Source: Anthoceros angustus
Taxonomy: Eukaryota > Plantae > Anthocerotophyta
NCBI GenBank assembly: GCA_010909165.1
Contig: VJWM01000011.1
Location: 806,001 to 870,000, forward strand
DNA: 64,000 nucleotides
Reading direction: 5' to 3'
In this document: positions 23,163 to 36,561 of the stretch, piece after piece
How positions within the stretch are numbered: position 1 is the stretch's first letter
How the letters are laid out: every line of letters starts with the position of its first letter
Made by a program: the position numbers and the translations under genes
The notes under the pieces: model-generated
What the model was told of the DNA's origin: nothing
The model's database searches: none
What the model saw: only the letters and a program-made list of their open reading frames with translations

Positions 23163-26100
23163 ATGCCGGGGGCTGTGGACAAGGACGGAAAGGGTTGCAG
23201 AGATCCTGCAGCTCTGCAGCTTTTCAAGAGCATCGGGCTGGACGAGCGCACTGCGCAAAACGCGGTTGCAAATGCCAAAGTCACCACAAATCTGACGGAG
23301 GTTATCAACGAGGTTCGTCTCTGTTTGCAGCTCACCTGGTATCCGTTCGCTTGAATTTTCTGACGCGATGGATGCTGGTACAGGCTGGAGTAAGCGACGG
23401 ATGTGACAAGTCTGTGGGGAATCTCTTGTATACGGTGTGGATTACCGGATTCTTGCTTTCTTCACAGCTTCTCCACCTTGAGATCTTGTGTTCACCTAGA
23501 CTGAATTTGCCCCTCTGTCAATGTGGCAGGTCGCGACCAAGTATCCTGTTAATGCTTTGAAGCACCGAAGAACATTGCTGGAATATGTTACTGCGGGCAA
23601 GGTGGCCTTCTGTACCGGAATGTGGTTACTTTTAACCCTGGAGTTAGTTGGAGTTCGACTGAAGGGTAGTCTGGCCAAATGGTCCTGTCAATTTTCAGAT
23701 AAAAAGCATTCCTCAGGTGGAAGGTGCCTTTGGATACCTGTCTACCATTGGTTCGGAGTCACTGGATATCAAAGAACTCGAGGACAAAAGCGGTGTTGGT
23801 GAGTAGGCTCGGGTTAGTTGGTGTAGTTGTTATGCTGTTCAGTTTTGCATACAATTTTGATCTGTTGCTGGCATCACGTTATTAACAGCTGAGTGAATCA
23901 GGGGTGGATGTATCTCCTCAACAGATTAAGTCGGCAGTGGAGGAAGTCCTTCAAGTCAATGTGGACCAAGTATTATCTGAACGCTATCGGATAAATGGTG
24001 TTCTTCTAACCGCACCCAGACATGTGGACAATGTATTAAGGAGACGTGCACGTACTTACGTAGCTATGTGCATTTCTCAGTTGGAACCCTTCTCGGTCAA
24101 GCTCGGCAGAAGCTGCCATGGGCAGACGGGAAGCTTTTGAAGGTTGGTACCATGTGATCCAATGCAGCTAGCTTATTTGGAGGTCTCTTAATTTCTTCTG
24201 TTGCTTCTTCTTGCGGGTGAGGATTCTATCTTGTGGGACTTTGACTGTGACATTCCATCTTCTATCCAGGCGGAAATGGACTCCCAGCTCAAAGGCATTC
24301 TTGGAGAGAAGACTGCTCAAGATGAGGAGAAGCCAGTCAAAAAGAAGAAAGAGAAGCCAAAAGCTGAGGTAGTTGGATTACAAGCACCTGAAGAGCTAGA
24401 TCTTGTTCACCATTTTGTCTGATGATGGTTGAGTTGGAGACTCTTCTGTCTTATGTTTGCAACAGATAGGTGCAATCTGCCTCGTGTGTTTTTAGGTGAC
24501 AGGTAAATGTTATTGATGCCATGGCATGCAGGAGCCCAGTCCAGCTGTGAAGGCGAGTCCAGCGCCTGAGCCAGAAGAGAGCAACCCATATGCCATTTTC
24601 CCCAAACCTGAGGAGAATTTCAAGGTAACGTTAGATGTACTTCATTCCTCTGCTGTCTCTTTTAGGGTCTGATTGCTATTCGTTAACAAAGGTAGGATGG
24701 AAGCTGATTGTTTTGCTATGGACAGGTCCACACCGAGATATTCTTTAGTGATGGAAGTATTTGGAGGCCTCACAATAGCAGGGAGAAGCTTGAAAAGCAT
24801 TTGCAGGCAACAGGTGGACTGGTTTTCACCAGATTTCCTCCAGAGCCAAATGGCTATTTGCATATAGGACATGCCAAGGTATGCCCTTGCTGAGATGTTT
24901 TGTCTCTTGGCTCTACTCAAGCCCTGGAGTGAGTGTGGTTAGCTCTCCTAGCGTGCAGTGGACTGACGTAACGACTTCTTTCCGCACTGGTGGTTTAGGC
25001 CATGTTTGTAGACTTTGGTCTTGCTCAAGATGCTGGTGGACACTGTTATTTGAGGTCAGTGCGTGCCCAGCCCCCCTGCATGATTTGCTGGCAGAATGGT
25101 TGAGAACTTCCTGCCAGAAAATCATGTTAAGTGTAAGACAGACTACTCATTGAATGGAAATAGTTGTAGCTGCAGTAGAGTAACATTTTGATGTCTTGCT
25201 TATAAATAGGTACGATGATACAAATCCAGAAGCTGAGAAGCAGGAGTACATTGACCATATCCAGGAAATTGTTTCTTGGATGGGCTGGAAGCCCTACAAG
25301 GTAGGTGGCAGTTCAATGTTGCAAAGTTGTGTTTTTCTCATGGCATAGGAGTCATTTCGCATTTTGTGGTACTTGCAGATCACTTACAGTAGCGACTATT
25401 TTCAGCAGTTGTATGATCTAGCTGTGGCTCTTATTAGACGAGGGCACGCTTATGTTGACCACCAGGTCAGAATTCCTAGCTCATGCATGCGATTTGGTTG
25501 TGTATCTGTGATGTATCTTTGTCTGAACTAGAATTGTCAACCAACAAAGGTGATTGCAGACTGCTGATGGGATAAAAGAGTATCGGGAGAAGAAAATGGA
25601 TAGCCCATGGAGAAACCGTCCCATTGCTGAAAGTCTAAAACTCTTTGAAGAAATGAAGCAAGGTAGGATAGATGAAGGAAAAGCAACCCTGCGTATGAAG
25701 CAGGATAACAAGAATGATAATTTCAACATGTATGATCTTATAGCTTATCGTATCAAGGTATGTGTGACGTTTTAATTGCAAGGAACTCGTTTGGTTTTTT
25801 GCTCGGTATGACTTTTTATTGCTATGTGAGCAATTTTGTCATTGTGTCCATGCAGTTTACTCCTCACCCACATGCTGGGAATGACTGGTGCATCTATCCA
25901 AGTTATGATTACACCCACTGCATTGTTGACTCTCTCGAGAACATTTCTCATTCGGTATGAACTCTGTTTGGTTACCATTTGTGCTTTATGATGTTTAAGT
26001 TTTCGGTTTGATAGTCTTGAGCCGAATTCCATATCTCATATGAACACTCAGCCGTCTGCAACTGTACAATTCTGTTGCCCCTATGCAGTTGTGTACATTG

Positions 26101-27862
26101 GAGTTTGAATCTCGCCGAGCCTCGTACTACTGGCTGTTAGAGGCACTGGATCTGTATCTTCCTTATGTTTGGGAGTATGCACGTTTAAACATCACACATA
26201 CAGTACTATCAAAAAGAAAGGTGGGGTCTTCTTGTCAGCTCTCGTTGTAATTAGACGGACATGGTTTTGACTCTGTTTCACGGTTGGGAAATAACCATTT
26301 TCCCCTCTGTTTCCATGCTTAGCTCAATGCCTTAGTGACCCAAAAATGGGTCGATGGATGGGATGACCCCCGTCTCATGACTCTTTCGGGGTTGAGGAGA
26401 CGAGGAGCTTCACCTGAGGCAATCAATGCGTTTTGCCATGGAGTGGGCATCACACGAAGGTAGGGAGGGGACATTATTCACCCACAAACGTATATATTCT
26501 ATGGTGCTGTGTGTATCACTAACATGGAAGACAATTTTGCAGTGACAATGTAATTCGGATGGAGCTGCTAGAACATTACATGCGAGATGAACTGAATGTG
26601 AATGCACCAAGGGCTATGGTTGTACTTCGGCCTCTGAAGGTACAATTCTCTATCTCATTCACACTTTGATGTACAGTTGATTTGGTGTTCAGTGCGTCAT
26701 GGTGGCAGCTATGATATCTCCGTCTGCCCATGCATGTAGGTTGTTGTCACAAATCTGCCACAAGATGATGTTCAAGTAGTCGAGGCAAAAAGCTGGCCCA
26801 ATGCAGACGATGGGGATCCCTTGGGCACGTACAAGGTATACCTTGCACTGGTGGTTTCGCATTGAATTACAGGGTGGAGGAACAATTGTAAATTCGTGCT
26901 CCTTTTTTCTCCTGCTATGTACAGGTACCATTTTCCAGAGTGTTGTATATTGAGTCATCAGACTTCAGATTACAGGATTCCAAAGATTACTATGGTCTTG
27001 CTCCAGGAAAGAGTGTACTACTGAGGTAGCTTCTCCTCTTGCAAGATCTCACAGCTGGGCTTATGCTTTTATAGCACCCTGGCCCGATATGCTCCCCTTA
27101 GGAGACAGGACATTGACTAAAGTTGTACCTTGTCAATGATTCCGTTGTGCAGATATGCATATCCTATCCGATGTGTGGATGTGGTGTATGCTGAAGATAA
27201 AAGCATAGCAGAGGTGCATGTGGAGTATGACAGCACGAAGAGCAGCAAGCCAAAGGTGAGATTCTTGTCTGTCCGATGGAAGTAGTAAGCGTTGTGGTAT
27301 GCCATGCGAGAGTCTTTGTCCTTCTATAGGCTGATGCTGATTATGTTTGTGCGGGAACGTGCAGGGAGTTATTCACTGGGTAGCTGAGCCATCTCCAGGT
27401 GTTGCACCTCTGCGGGTGGAAGTTCGATTGATAGATAAATTGTTCCAATCTGAGGTGGGTTACTATCCATCAAGTCTGTTCTTGCTGCATATGACACTCC
27501 TTTATGCTGCGTTGGATGTGACATCAATTGGTGATTTCGATTCTCAGAACCCAGGTGAGTTGGGTGACGACTGGCTGGCCGACCTCAACCCCAATTCGAG
27601 GGAGATCATTCCAGACGCGTTTGCCGTTCCTGCTCTAAGGAAGGCTGCCGTTGGAAGCAAGTTCCAATTCGAAAGACTTGGTGAGACTGGCCCTTTTCCC
27701 ACCCTGTTATTTTCTGTTGGTCCTCAAACGGCCTCTGCTGACAGTATTTTTGCACTTTGTACAGGTTACTTCTGTGTGGATCCTGATTCAAGTGAAGAAA
27801 AGGTAGTCTTCAACAGGACCGTCACTCTTCGAGACTCGTACTCCAAAGTGACCAAAAAATAG
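23163..27862 (+). CDS. QARS: Glutaminyl-tRNA synthetase (multi-exon)
   Basis: [13 protein letters not shown]-domain, [66 protein letters not shown]. Confidence 0.96.
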
Positions 27863-28156
27863 ACATTTTCATTCAGCTGAACAGCAGTGTGAGGTTCAGC
27901 AGGCCCACAAGATGCTTGGACCTCACAAGGAGTGCACGCTTTTGCAATTGTTTCTAACCTCGGCATTTGTCTCCAGTTTTTTTCCGTCTGCACCGGCCTC
28001 AGGTATAGCTGAGGTGAATTCTTGAAAAACTGTTCCAGGAGTCCCGGTCTTGAACAGCGATGTGAGTAGGCTTTTTCCAAAAACTAAAATTGGAGTTACC
28101 GCATGGACTTAACGGATAGTGGAGCTCTTCAGCAGGTATGCCAAATAGACCTCCCC

Positions 28157-29531
28157 TCAAAAGGGGTTAACACTTCTGCAACTTGCTCGAACCTCACCTT
28201 CATCTCCAGTCTTGACTCCAATTTCCCCCATTTTAGCAATAGCTCTGCTAAACTGCTTGAAAAACTCCGATTCGTCGTTTGAATACTCGTCGACGTTGAA
28301 TTGCGTGTCATGGTCTGTGAAGAGGGCCTGATCCGATGTGAGGAGGCCCTCTCCACCAACTAAATCAGTGAAGTAGCTATTATCGAAGACTGTGGCGGAG
28401 GAATCAAGCTCCACCAAGACGTCACCATTGTTGCTTAGGGGGCATTGAAGCCTGAGCTGGTCGGCGAAGTCGGGGTCCATAGTGGGGTCAGTGCTGAAGT
28501 GTGAGCTGAAATTGTAGATCCTGTTGCTGAAGGCTTGGCAGTGCGCTCCTCCGACTGTATGAGCACCTGAATGAAACGAGATTCACGTAGTTTGAAGTGA
28601 AATCGTACACCAGAGACAACTTTGCCTCGGAGTCGTGCCATGGAGAAAGATACGTTACCTGATAAGACGACCATCTCCCTCTTGGAGAGGCCCTTTGCCT
28701 CGAAGATTGCAGTGAGCTCGGGGACTAGAGCAAACGGACCGGGAAGCTGTCCGCTTTTCGCTCCCGACGACAGGGAAATCGTGCCGTCTCTCCGCCCGCA
28801 TCTCACCTCCCAGTGAGGACCCCCGGCCTGTACAAATTTTTTCATACATGCCGAGGTCGCGAGTCAGCAGAAGACAAGGCTCGCGGAAGTCAGTTTCGGG
28901 ATGCAACATCGGAGAATGATCGAAAACAACTGCAAGGTTGATGAAACCGGTTACTACCAGGACAACAGCATCCCGGGTTGCCATGGCCAAGATGTCGGCA
29001 CACGACACCACTCCTGGACACACAGCTTCAAGGCTTGCTTTAGCAGCGTCTATGACATCGAAGCCATGCAAAGAGCGGTTGATGGGTGCATCCTTCTCAG
29101 CCTCATTGCCGTCCGCCGAGTCTATGAGGATGGAGGCATCACAGCCCTGCACATTCAGCCATGCGAGCAAGTGAGCAAGCTGGCTAGCGCTAGCTAGAAC
29201 ACGTGCAAATTTAACCACCCATCAACACAGTCACCTCCACAAAGCAGTCGTGAAAAAACATACGCAACAGCCCTGCAGTGATGGTGGCATCACTCTCGTG
29301 TGCCTCTCTCACAGCTGCCCGCACCAGGATCTCTGCCAAGGGACAGCCATGCTTGTAAAAGGCTGTCTCCAGTCCGACCGACTGGTCAGACTCTGCGTCT
29401 GCGTCTGCGTCTGCGTCTGCCTCGGATCTCGGCCTGCGTGCCTCATCATGGGCATTTAACAGCCTGGTATACAGCGGCACAATGCAATTGCTCATCACCA
29501 GCAGCAGCAGCAGAAACGAGGATACTCCCAT
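28157..29531 (-). CDS. Class III secretory peroxidase (4 exons)
   Basis: Signal peptide; [60 protein letters not shown]. Confidence 0.95.
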
Positions 29532-30210
29532 CCTGTCAGCTCACAGCCTACAGTGCCACAGGATTCCCCCGTCGCCTCACAATGTGCTGAGCAGCTCCAG
29601 CTCTCTCATCATACCACGCCCTTTTATCCTACGCCCATGATCCCGAACTTCCTACAACAATTCCTCACCGCTGGCAGACAAAGGACCATCTCAGGTGGCA
29701 AGTCAGCTGCAGAACCGCGGAATCGGATTGACTTACAAAACGTCGGTCCCGGTAGGTACTTGCTTGCGCACAGCCCTCGCCCAACAAACTGCGCTCACTC
29801 CTGGTCACAAGGCCTGCATGACTCTCTCACTCAAGGCACTGCAGTGCGCCTAGGCCCGCCTGAATGCCATTGCCAAGCAATGCCCACAACTGTCTTGCCA
29901 CAATAATCACAAATCTGCAAATTCCAAGCATGCGCCATTTCAGCAGTCTTTGGTGAGTCCTCAAGGAGAAACAATGCGGAGCACGCTGAAAAAAATGTGT
30001 CGTGCAGGAATCGAGCAAGGTCGATGTCCCCAGGACCCCGTGATTCTCAGTGCGACTGCGAGGAAAGTGCCAGCCGGGAAGGTGGAGCACAAGCACACGA
30101 ATGAGGCGCTCGTGCCTTCCCAAGCCCACCAGCATACATACATGTGGATGTACATAAAACCATGAAGGCATTCGTTAACTACTCCAAATCCAAATCCACA
30201 AGCTGGCTTC

Positions 30211-30388
30211 TGGGGCTTTGTGCTGGAATGTGGTTCTTTGGGACACTGAAGGTAGTTGGGGTTCGACTAATAAAATGCATTCTCAAAGTGGGAGGTGCTT
30301 TGGATACTTGTCTACCATTCATCCAGTGGCTTTGAATAGGGACCAAAGAACTCAGAACAAAAGCGGTGTTTGGTGAGTATACTTGGGT
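30211..30388 (+). pseudogene. Decayed copy of a GlnRS intron+exon (source ~23602-23813)
   Basis: Shared ggaatgtggtt, gttcgact, ggtgc(c/t)ttggatac(c/t)tgtctaccatt, caaagaactc, caaaagcggtgtt(t)ggtgagta. Confidence 0.8.
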
Positions 30389-31731
30389 CAGGTCAGGTTT
30401 CCATGTAGCCCGGGCCGGCTACGTAAAGCCCGGGTCCCAGATCCGAGATCGGCTCGGGTATTTACTAGGAAGACATGAACCCAGCATCTATACCATGTTA
30501 ACATATTTTATCGATAATTATCGGTCAGTCGCTCCTATGTACTTCTAAGTCCGAGGGCGGTACTCCATCTTGGCGATTTCTCAACCCTCGGTTATAAGTT
30601 ATATGACACACATTAGAAGATCAAGAAGAAAAGTTTTCTTAATCCACTGGGGATGACTATCATGAACTTCAAAAAATATATGGAAAAGATGGTTAGGAGA
30701 GAGAATAGGGGAGGAGCAGCCCACCACACTTTAGCTCACAGGAACAAGGAGGTCATGAGGCTAAACTATGTCACAACTATGTGAGCCGTGGCCGACAAGA
30801 GTAGTCCACTGTTGGCAAAGAGAGGATATAGCAAGACAACAAACCCGAGAGTGGAGCCACTCCACCAGGCGACCTTGGAATTAGTCGAAGAGAATTCCTT
30901 TCAGGAAAGACAACTGTCGGTTGTTCGACGTGCCGACTTGGACAAACAAGAGGTCCTCCAGAGAATCGCTCAAGGCTAAGCAAGTGAACTCCTCAGCTTC
31001 CTTGATGGTCCACACAAGCTCGGCAGCCTCAAAGTTTGGAGGTCCTGCTTCCCACCTTGCCAACTGTCCATGAAGAGATGGAAGACCTCCACCTTGATAC
31101 TCTCTTGCATCTTCCTAGAAAGCACAATGATCATATGAGAAGCATTCTATTGTTCTCGAATGGACACTGTGGGATCCAGGCTCCCCACTGTAGATGCATC
31201 TATAAAAGTTTTGGCTACCTCCATCGCTTCCACCTTGCGGTCTTAGAATAATTTGGCAATCCAACTCAGAACGCAAGCATAAATGGAGCATACCATGTAT
31301 GCAAGAACAAGAAGAGACAAACTAGCAGCACCAGCATGAAACTACGTTTCTTGTCCTCTGTCCTTGCACAATCGTGACGTAATATTCCATAAAGCTAAGT
31401 AATCTACAACTAAAGGATTTCCAGTTAAGCTGCTCAGAAACTTCCACATAAGCTTGCCTTTCATGTGGTTTAGTAGATGAGTTCACCCATCTCTCCTTAC
31501 CTTGATAAAACTTCTGAGTTGGTTTGGTGGTAGGGAAGAAGAAAAAGAAGAATTTTATTTAAGTCCACTAAAGACGGATTTCCGGCATGGGACTTGGTAC
31601 TTAACAACTTGTACCATGGTGTGCCTAGGCTACTTGCACCAAGGCATCCACTCCCTTTAGGCACCCCATCTAAGTACCGATCAAAGCGCAGGATGCTTAA
31701 TAACGACGTTCTTATAAATGTGTGTCCATTT

Positions 31732-31781
31732 GGCCCAAGACGCTTAAGCGTCTTGGGCCCTAAACCCTAAGCCCTAAGCCC
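31732..31781. repeat. 28-bp perfect palindrome joined to telomere-like repeats
   Basis: GGCCCAAGACGCTT|AAGCGTCTTGGGCC followed by CCCTAAA CCCTAAG CCCTAAG CCC. Confidence 0.85.
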
Positions 31782-31937
31782 AATTGGTTCGAGTTGTCGC
31801 GGAAACAGTTTGAAGTTTCAATTTCGAGTGCACGAGAGAGCTTTACTCATCTAGTTTAGAGTTAGTTTTAGTTTTTGCGTTTCCGTTTCCGGAGGTGTCC
31901 CGCCGGGACTGGCTGGCTTTGGTAATTGGGAAAATTG

Positions 31938-32681
31938 TCAGGCGATTGTGAGATCGTCGTTGTAGTAGATCTGGATGCAAGGGATGTGGTAGAGCAAACC
32001 CATCTCAAGGGAGTCGTACTCAGGCCTCTCGTCAGGAATGCCGTTGTCTTCCAAGTTCTTATCGTAATCTATGGTGACGAATCCCTCGTCCTTTCTGGTG
32101 CAATTGGCCTTCCATGTGTAGCTCTTAGCGTGGATGTTGAGATCCAGATACCGCTCCAGAATCTCTCTGATGGTCTCCTCGGAGGGCACCTCCAACAGAA
32201 TTTCCTGCCCGATGAGCACGTTCTTGATGCGCACCAGCCGAGTCCTGGCCGACAGCTTCCCGATGATGTACTTGGGATCCCTCCACCAGTGCAGCGGGAA
32301 GCTCTCGTCCCAGTCGCTGCGGGGATCTGGCGGCGCGATGTGGATGAACCTGCCCATGGGCGTCCACCACCACTCGATGCACCGCACCGGATCGATGAAC
32401 GTCACCAGGTCCCCTGTCGCCGCCTTGCGCTTCTTCCCGCCCACGGGATCGATGTAGTCGATGAGATCGTCCGGATCGTAGTCGAACCAGTCGCTGATGT
32501 CCCCTCCCGCCTCCATCAGCAGCCACTCCGACAGGATGGACGGGTTGGCTGGCAGCAGCGGCGTCACGTCCAGAACCGTCCCGTTGATGATGAGCCACAG
32601 GTCGCCTGCCGTGCAGTGGGCGCTCACCTCCGCGCGGGTGTACCACCCGCTGCTCCGCTTCGAACTCGTCGCGCACGCCAT
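31938..32681 (-). CDS. CYB5D1: Cytochrome b5 domain-containing protein 1 (radial spoke/flagellar), single exon
   Basis: YTRAEVSAH...DLWL, AGGDISDWFD, TPMGRFIH.PP..PRSDW, IGKLSARTR, SYTWK, YYNDDLTIA terminus. Confidence 0.92.
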   Translation of the reverse strand: MACATSSKRSSGWYTRAEVSAHCTAGDLWLIINGTVLDVTPLLPANPSILSEWLLMEAGGDISDWFDYDPDDLIDYIDPVGGKKRKAATGDLVTFIDPVRCIEWWWTPMGRFIHIAPPDPRSDWDESFPLHWWRDPKYIIGKLSARTRLVRIKNVLIGQEILLEVPSEETIREILERYLDLNIHAKSYTWKANCTRKDEGFVTIDYDKNLEDNGIPDERPEYDSLEMGLLYHIPCIQIYYNDDLTIA

Positions 32682-32821
32682 GGCCTCGCCGCTGCGGCAG
32701 CCTGCTCGGAAACCTGGTGGGCGCCCAACAGGGTCATGAAACCATACATAAATGCCTTCTTCTTCCCAACCCACCTTCTCTAAGGCCGAAGCGTGTTCGA
32801 GCGTTCTGCGTCCCCCCCGCT

Positions 32822-35800
32822 ATGGAGCTCTGGTGGGTGCTACCGTTGCCGCTGCTGGTGCTTGTGCTTCTCGGCCGTTGGCTGCTGCGTGCTATCCTGC
32901 CTCAGGAGGTTCCCGAAATTCAAGTCGACTCGTCCGATGGTTGGTCCCGTGCCTGTTCCCCGGAAAATCTAGGTTTTGTGGGTTTTGGTTCCGGACAATC
33001 GTGAAGGAATGTCGTTTGCTGAGCTGCAAGGGCACGCATGCTGCCTCAGTTTTGTCCTGGCAAGTCCAGGGACTGGAAGAGCATCTTTGTGTTTCATACT
33101 CGGGGCCTGTGATGCTGAAAATGCAGACACTGTTGTGTGTCGCAATGACGTGGGAGATTTGGCCTGTTTGTGTGCAGTGATACTGAATCCAGGAGTGTCC
33201 ACTGAGGAGAAGGCTACGACTGTAAGTGTCTGTTGTGCTCTTGTGGATGTGTCAAAAACATTTCGACGGAAGGGGCTGATTGTTGGAGTGTGACAGGGCC
33301 AAATGGAAGGGTTGAGCCCTGATACTGTACGGTGCTATGAGCCTGCAACGTTGAAGTTTCTTGGACTCGTACCTGCCCTGAAGGGTGATGATGTGAGTAC
33401 TGATGAATTTGTTTCGTCTGTTCCTAAAGCCTCGGTTGTCTTTCTGGCTTCGGCTGAAAATGGCATTTCTGCAGGTGAAGAGCCACATCTGTCAAGCCCG
33501 GGATGCACAGAAGGTGTGGGCTAACAGCTCATTTGAACAGCGGCGCCAGTTTCTACGGATCCTACTTAAATACATCCTTGAGCACCAGGAGCTTATTTGC
33601 CAGTACGTCAACAATCTCCTTCCTCTGCGGTTCTGCCTGTCTTCAAATGACACAGTTTGTTCGTCATTCATGGTGTGTGGTGGTGGAGCTGTATGTTTGA
33701 CGATGATTTCGAATTGAGGACTTGAATTGTCTCAGCGTGCACGACTCCCAAGCTTCTAAGAAGCCTTCCTACATTTTTCTGCACAGAGTATCAGCTAGAG
33801 ATTCTGGAAAGACAATGGTGGATGCGGCATTAGGAGAGATCATCACCACTTGTGCGAAAATAGACTGGCTTATCAAGGAGGGTGAGCGATGGCTCAAGCC
33901 TGAATACAGGTGATCTTGGGAACGAAGGCATGTTGGATTACTCTGCCCACTGCATGCCATTTTGGGATTTTGCACACAAATTTAGGGCCTGAAGGTGGTG
34001 CTTGTCCTTACATCAGAACATGCTTCACTGCTTCAGATCCTCTGGGATGCTGATGCGACATAAGTCAGCAAGAGTTGAGTTCCAGCCTCTTGGGGTGATT
34101 GGAGCAATTGTTCCATGGAATTACCCTTTCCATAACATCTTCAATCCAATGTTAGCAGCCGTTTTTGCAGGAAATGGCATTGTCATCAAGGTGCAAACCC
34201 TTGTCTCTTTGAAAGTTTGCTAGGCATATTATTGCTGGTTTTTCTACAGCAAGAGGAGCATCCAAACCTTGACATCGCTGCTCTGCAAATGATGCTGTAG
34301 CGTGACGAAGGGTGTACCTGTTTGCTCTCCAGGTTTCCGAGCATGCAAGTTGGTCAGGAGCCTTTTATTTGCGAATAATTCAGGCTGCACTTTCAGCTGC
34401 TGGTGCACCTACAGAACTGGTCCACGTAATAGCTGGGTCGGTAATCCTCGTCCTGACTTGACATTGCGTTCTTATAATCTGCCCAAAACTGTAGCTGGCA
34501 AGTGTTTTTTGCTAGCTGAGGTCTACAATTCTGTGTGGCAACACAGGTACGGGGAGACTGGAGAAGCTTTGGTCTCATCTGTGGACAAAGTGATTTTTGT
34601 GGGATCTACTGCAGTGGGGAAGAAGGTGTGCTTCTGGTGCTTCATATCTTTACTTGGTTAAGATTGCTACCTGCTAACAGTCCACTTGAAGTGTGTCTAA
34701 AGCTTCATGTACACAAATCTCCTGCGGTTTTGATACTCAGGTTTCCTTTCCCTGTGCCACTCTTTTTGCAGGTGATGGAAAATGCTGCCAAGTCACTAAC
34801 TCCAGTTGTCCTTGAGTTGGGAGGCAAAGATGCATTCATTGTGTGCGAGGATGCTGATCTTTCACAGGTAACTGGAGAGCAGTTTGAATTTGCTGCACAA
34901 GTCATTGTTCTTCCTCCAGCTGATACAATGTGCTTTGTTGAACAGGCGTTGCAGATTGCAACAAGGGCAACTCTACAATCAAGTGGCCAAAATTGTGCAG
35001 GTGCTGAGCGCTTCTATGTACACAGAGACATTTACTCAACGTTTGTGCAGGAGATTAGCAAGATTGTGAAGTCAATCCGGGTGGTAAGGGTTGGTTTTCT
35101 GCTAGACCATACAGACAACATCGCTGGAGTAGCGTATGAATGTGTATGGCGTTTGTTTCAGGGCCCACCTTTTGCCAAACAAGTGGACATGGGAGCGATT
35201 TGCATGCCAGGGCATGCAGACAGAATAGAGAGCTTAGTGCAAGAGGCCATCGAAAAAGGAGCGAAGATTGTTGCCCGTGGTCAGCTGATTACAACAGGAT
35301 CTCCAGGTGATAGTCCTGTTGGCCAGTTCTATGTCCCAACCGTATTAGTCAACGTGAACCACACAATGCGGATCATGCAAGAAGAGGTGCATCCTTCTGC
35401 TTTCTTGAAGTCCTTGCTCTCGAAGTTTCGACGCATTGTGAGTAAAGACTCTCAAAGTCTGAATCCAATTCCCTTCGGTGGTCTATCTACAGATATTTGG
35501 GCCAATCATCTGTATCATGCCCTTCGACTCTGACAACCAAGTGATTGAGCTTGCAAACGACAGCAACTTTGGACTTGGATGCTCTGTCTTTTCAGCCGAC
35601 AGAAAACGAGCCAAGAGAATAGCTTCAAGAATCTCCTGCGGAATGGTTGCCATCAATGACTTCATGGCGACATATATGTGCCAGGTAGATCTCGTCATCC
35701 CTCGCCTGTTGCACATGCAACGCCCTAACTCAATCCCGGTTCTCGCAGGCCCTTCCATTTGGAGGAGTCAAGGACAGTGGATTTGATAGACTTGCCGGGG

Positions 35801-36137
35801 TTGAGGGTCTCCGTGGATGTTGTCTAGTGAAATCCATCGCTGAAGATCGGATTCCTTACGTAAAGACCATGATTCCCAAACCCCTTCAGGTACTTACCTC
35901 CATTCCTCACAGATGGGTCTCCTGTCCAGGCGTCGAGAAATGAACACTGACTGACCTCAGGATGTTGGTCTCCGCGTGCAGTACCCGGTGGCAGACAATG
36001 CATTCGAGTTCCAGGAGGCTTTGATCAGGCTTTTGTACGGCCTTACAATCCAGGCCAAGTTCAAGGGTTTGTTGGAGGTCATTAGGACACTCGTTAGGCC
36101 GGGTCCTTCAGCAGATGGACGAAAGAAAGTAGCATAG
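32822..36137 (+). CDS. ALDH22A1: Aldehyde dehydrogenase family 22
   Basis: N-terminal anchor, [52 protein letters not shown]. Confidence 0.93.
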
Positions 36138-36561
36138 GTGTGAGCTCGACCCATGGTCTTGCGGATGCAGAACTCTCAATTTCGTATCCCCATATTTGGC
36201 TTAACCAATCCTCGCAGATTTTTCTCTGTTGCACGCACGGGCATGTAGACCAGTGAGCGTGAGCCGTACCAGTATCCTCCAGTTCGATGCTTCTGGCTTT
36301 CCTGAGCATCAATTTGTACATTATCCACTAGGAACTGTCTTGCTGGTGTAAAGAAGGAAAAAGAATACTTTCAGGATCTTCTGGGAGTTGTTTGAAGGGT
36401 TGACGATTGTTCCGTAAGAAAAGACATTCCGCGCCATTGACATCCGTGGAAGACAATGGCGTGACTGTCGGAGATTTGGGTCGAGGCTATTAAACACCTT
36501 TGTATATCCTCGATGTTCTTCTGAAGCTGGGCTGAAGCTCCAAGTCTCCTCGAGCTCAGTC

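Noticed and set aside
29391-29420. (GCGTCT)n repeat in the peroxidase
   Set aside because: Ordinary coding microsatellite (Ala-Asp run) in the propeptide region.
30600-31680. Possible solo LTR starting TGTCAC at 30769
   Set aside because: No matching end, TSD, PBS or PPT found; probably TE-derived but unclassifiable.
31926-32783. 285-aa + strand ORF
   Set aside because: Antisense shadow of the GC-rich CYB5D1 gene.
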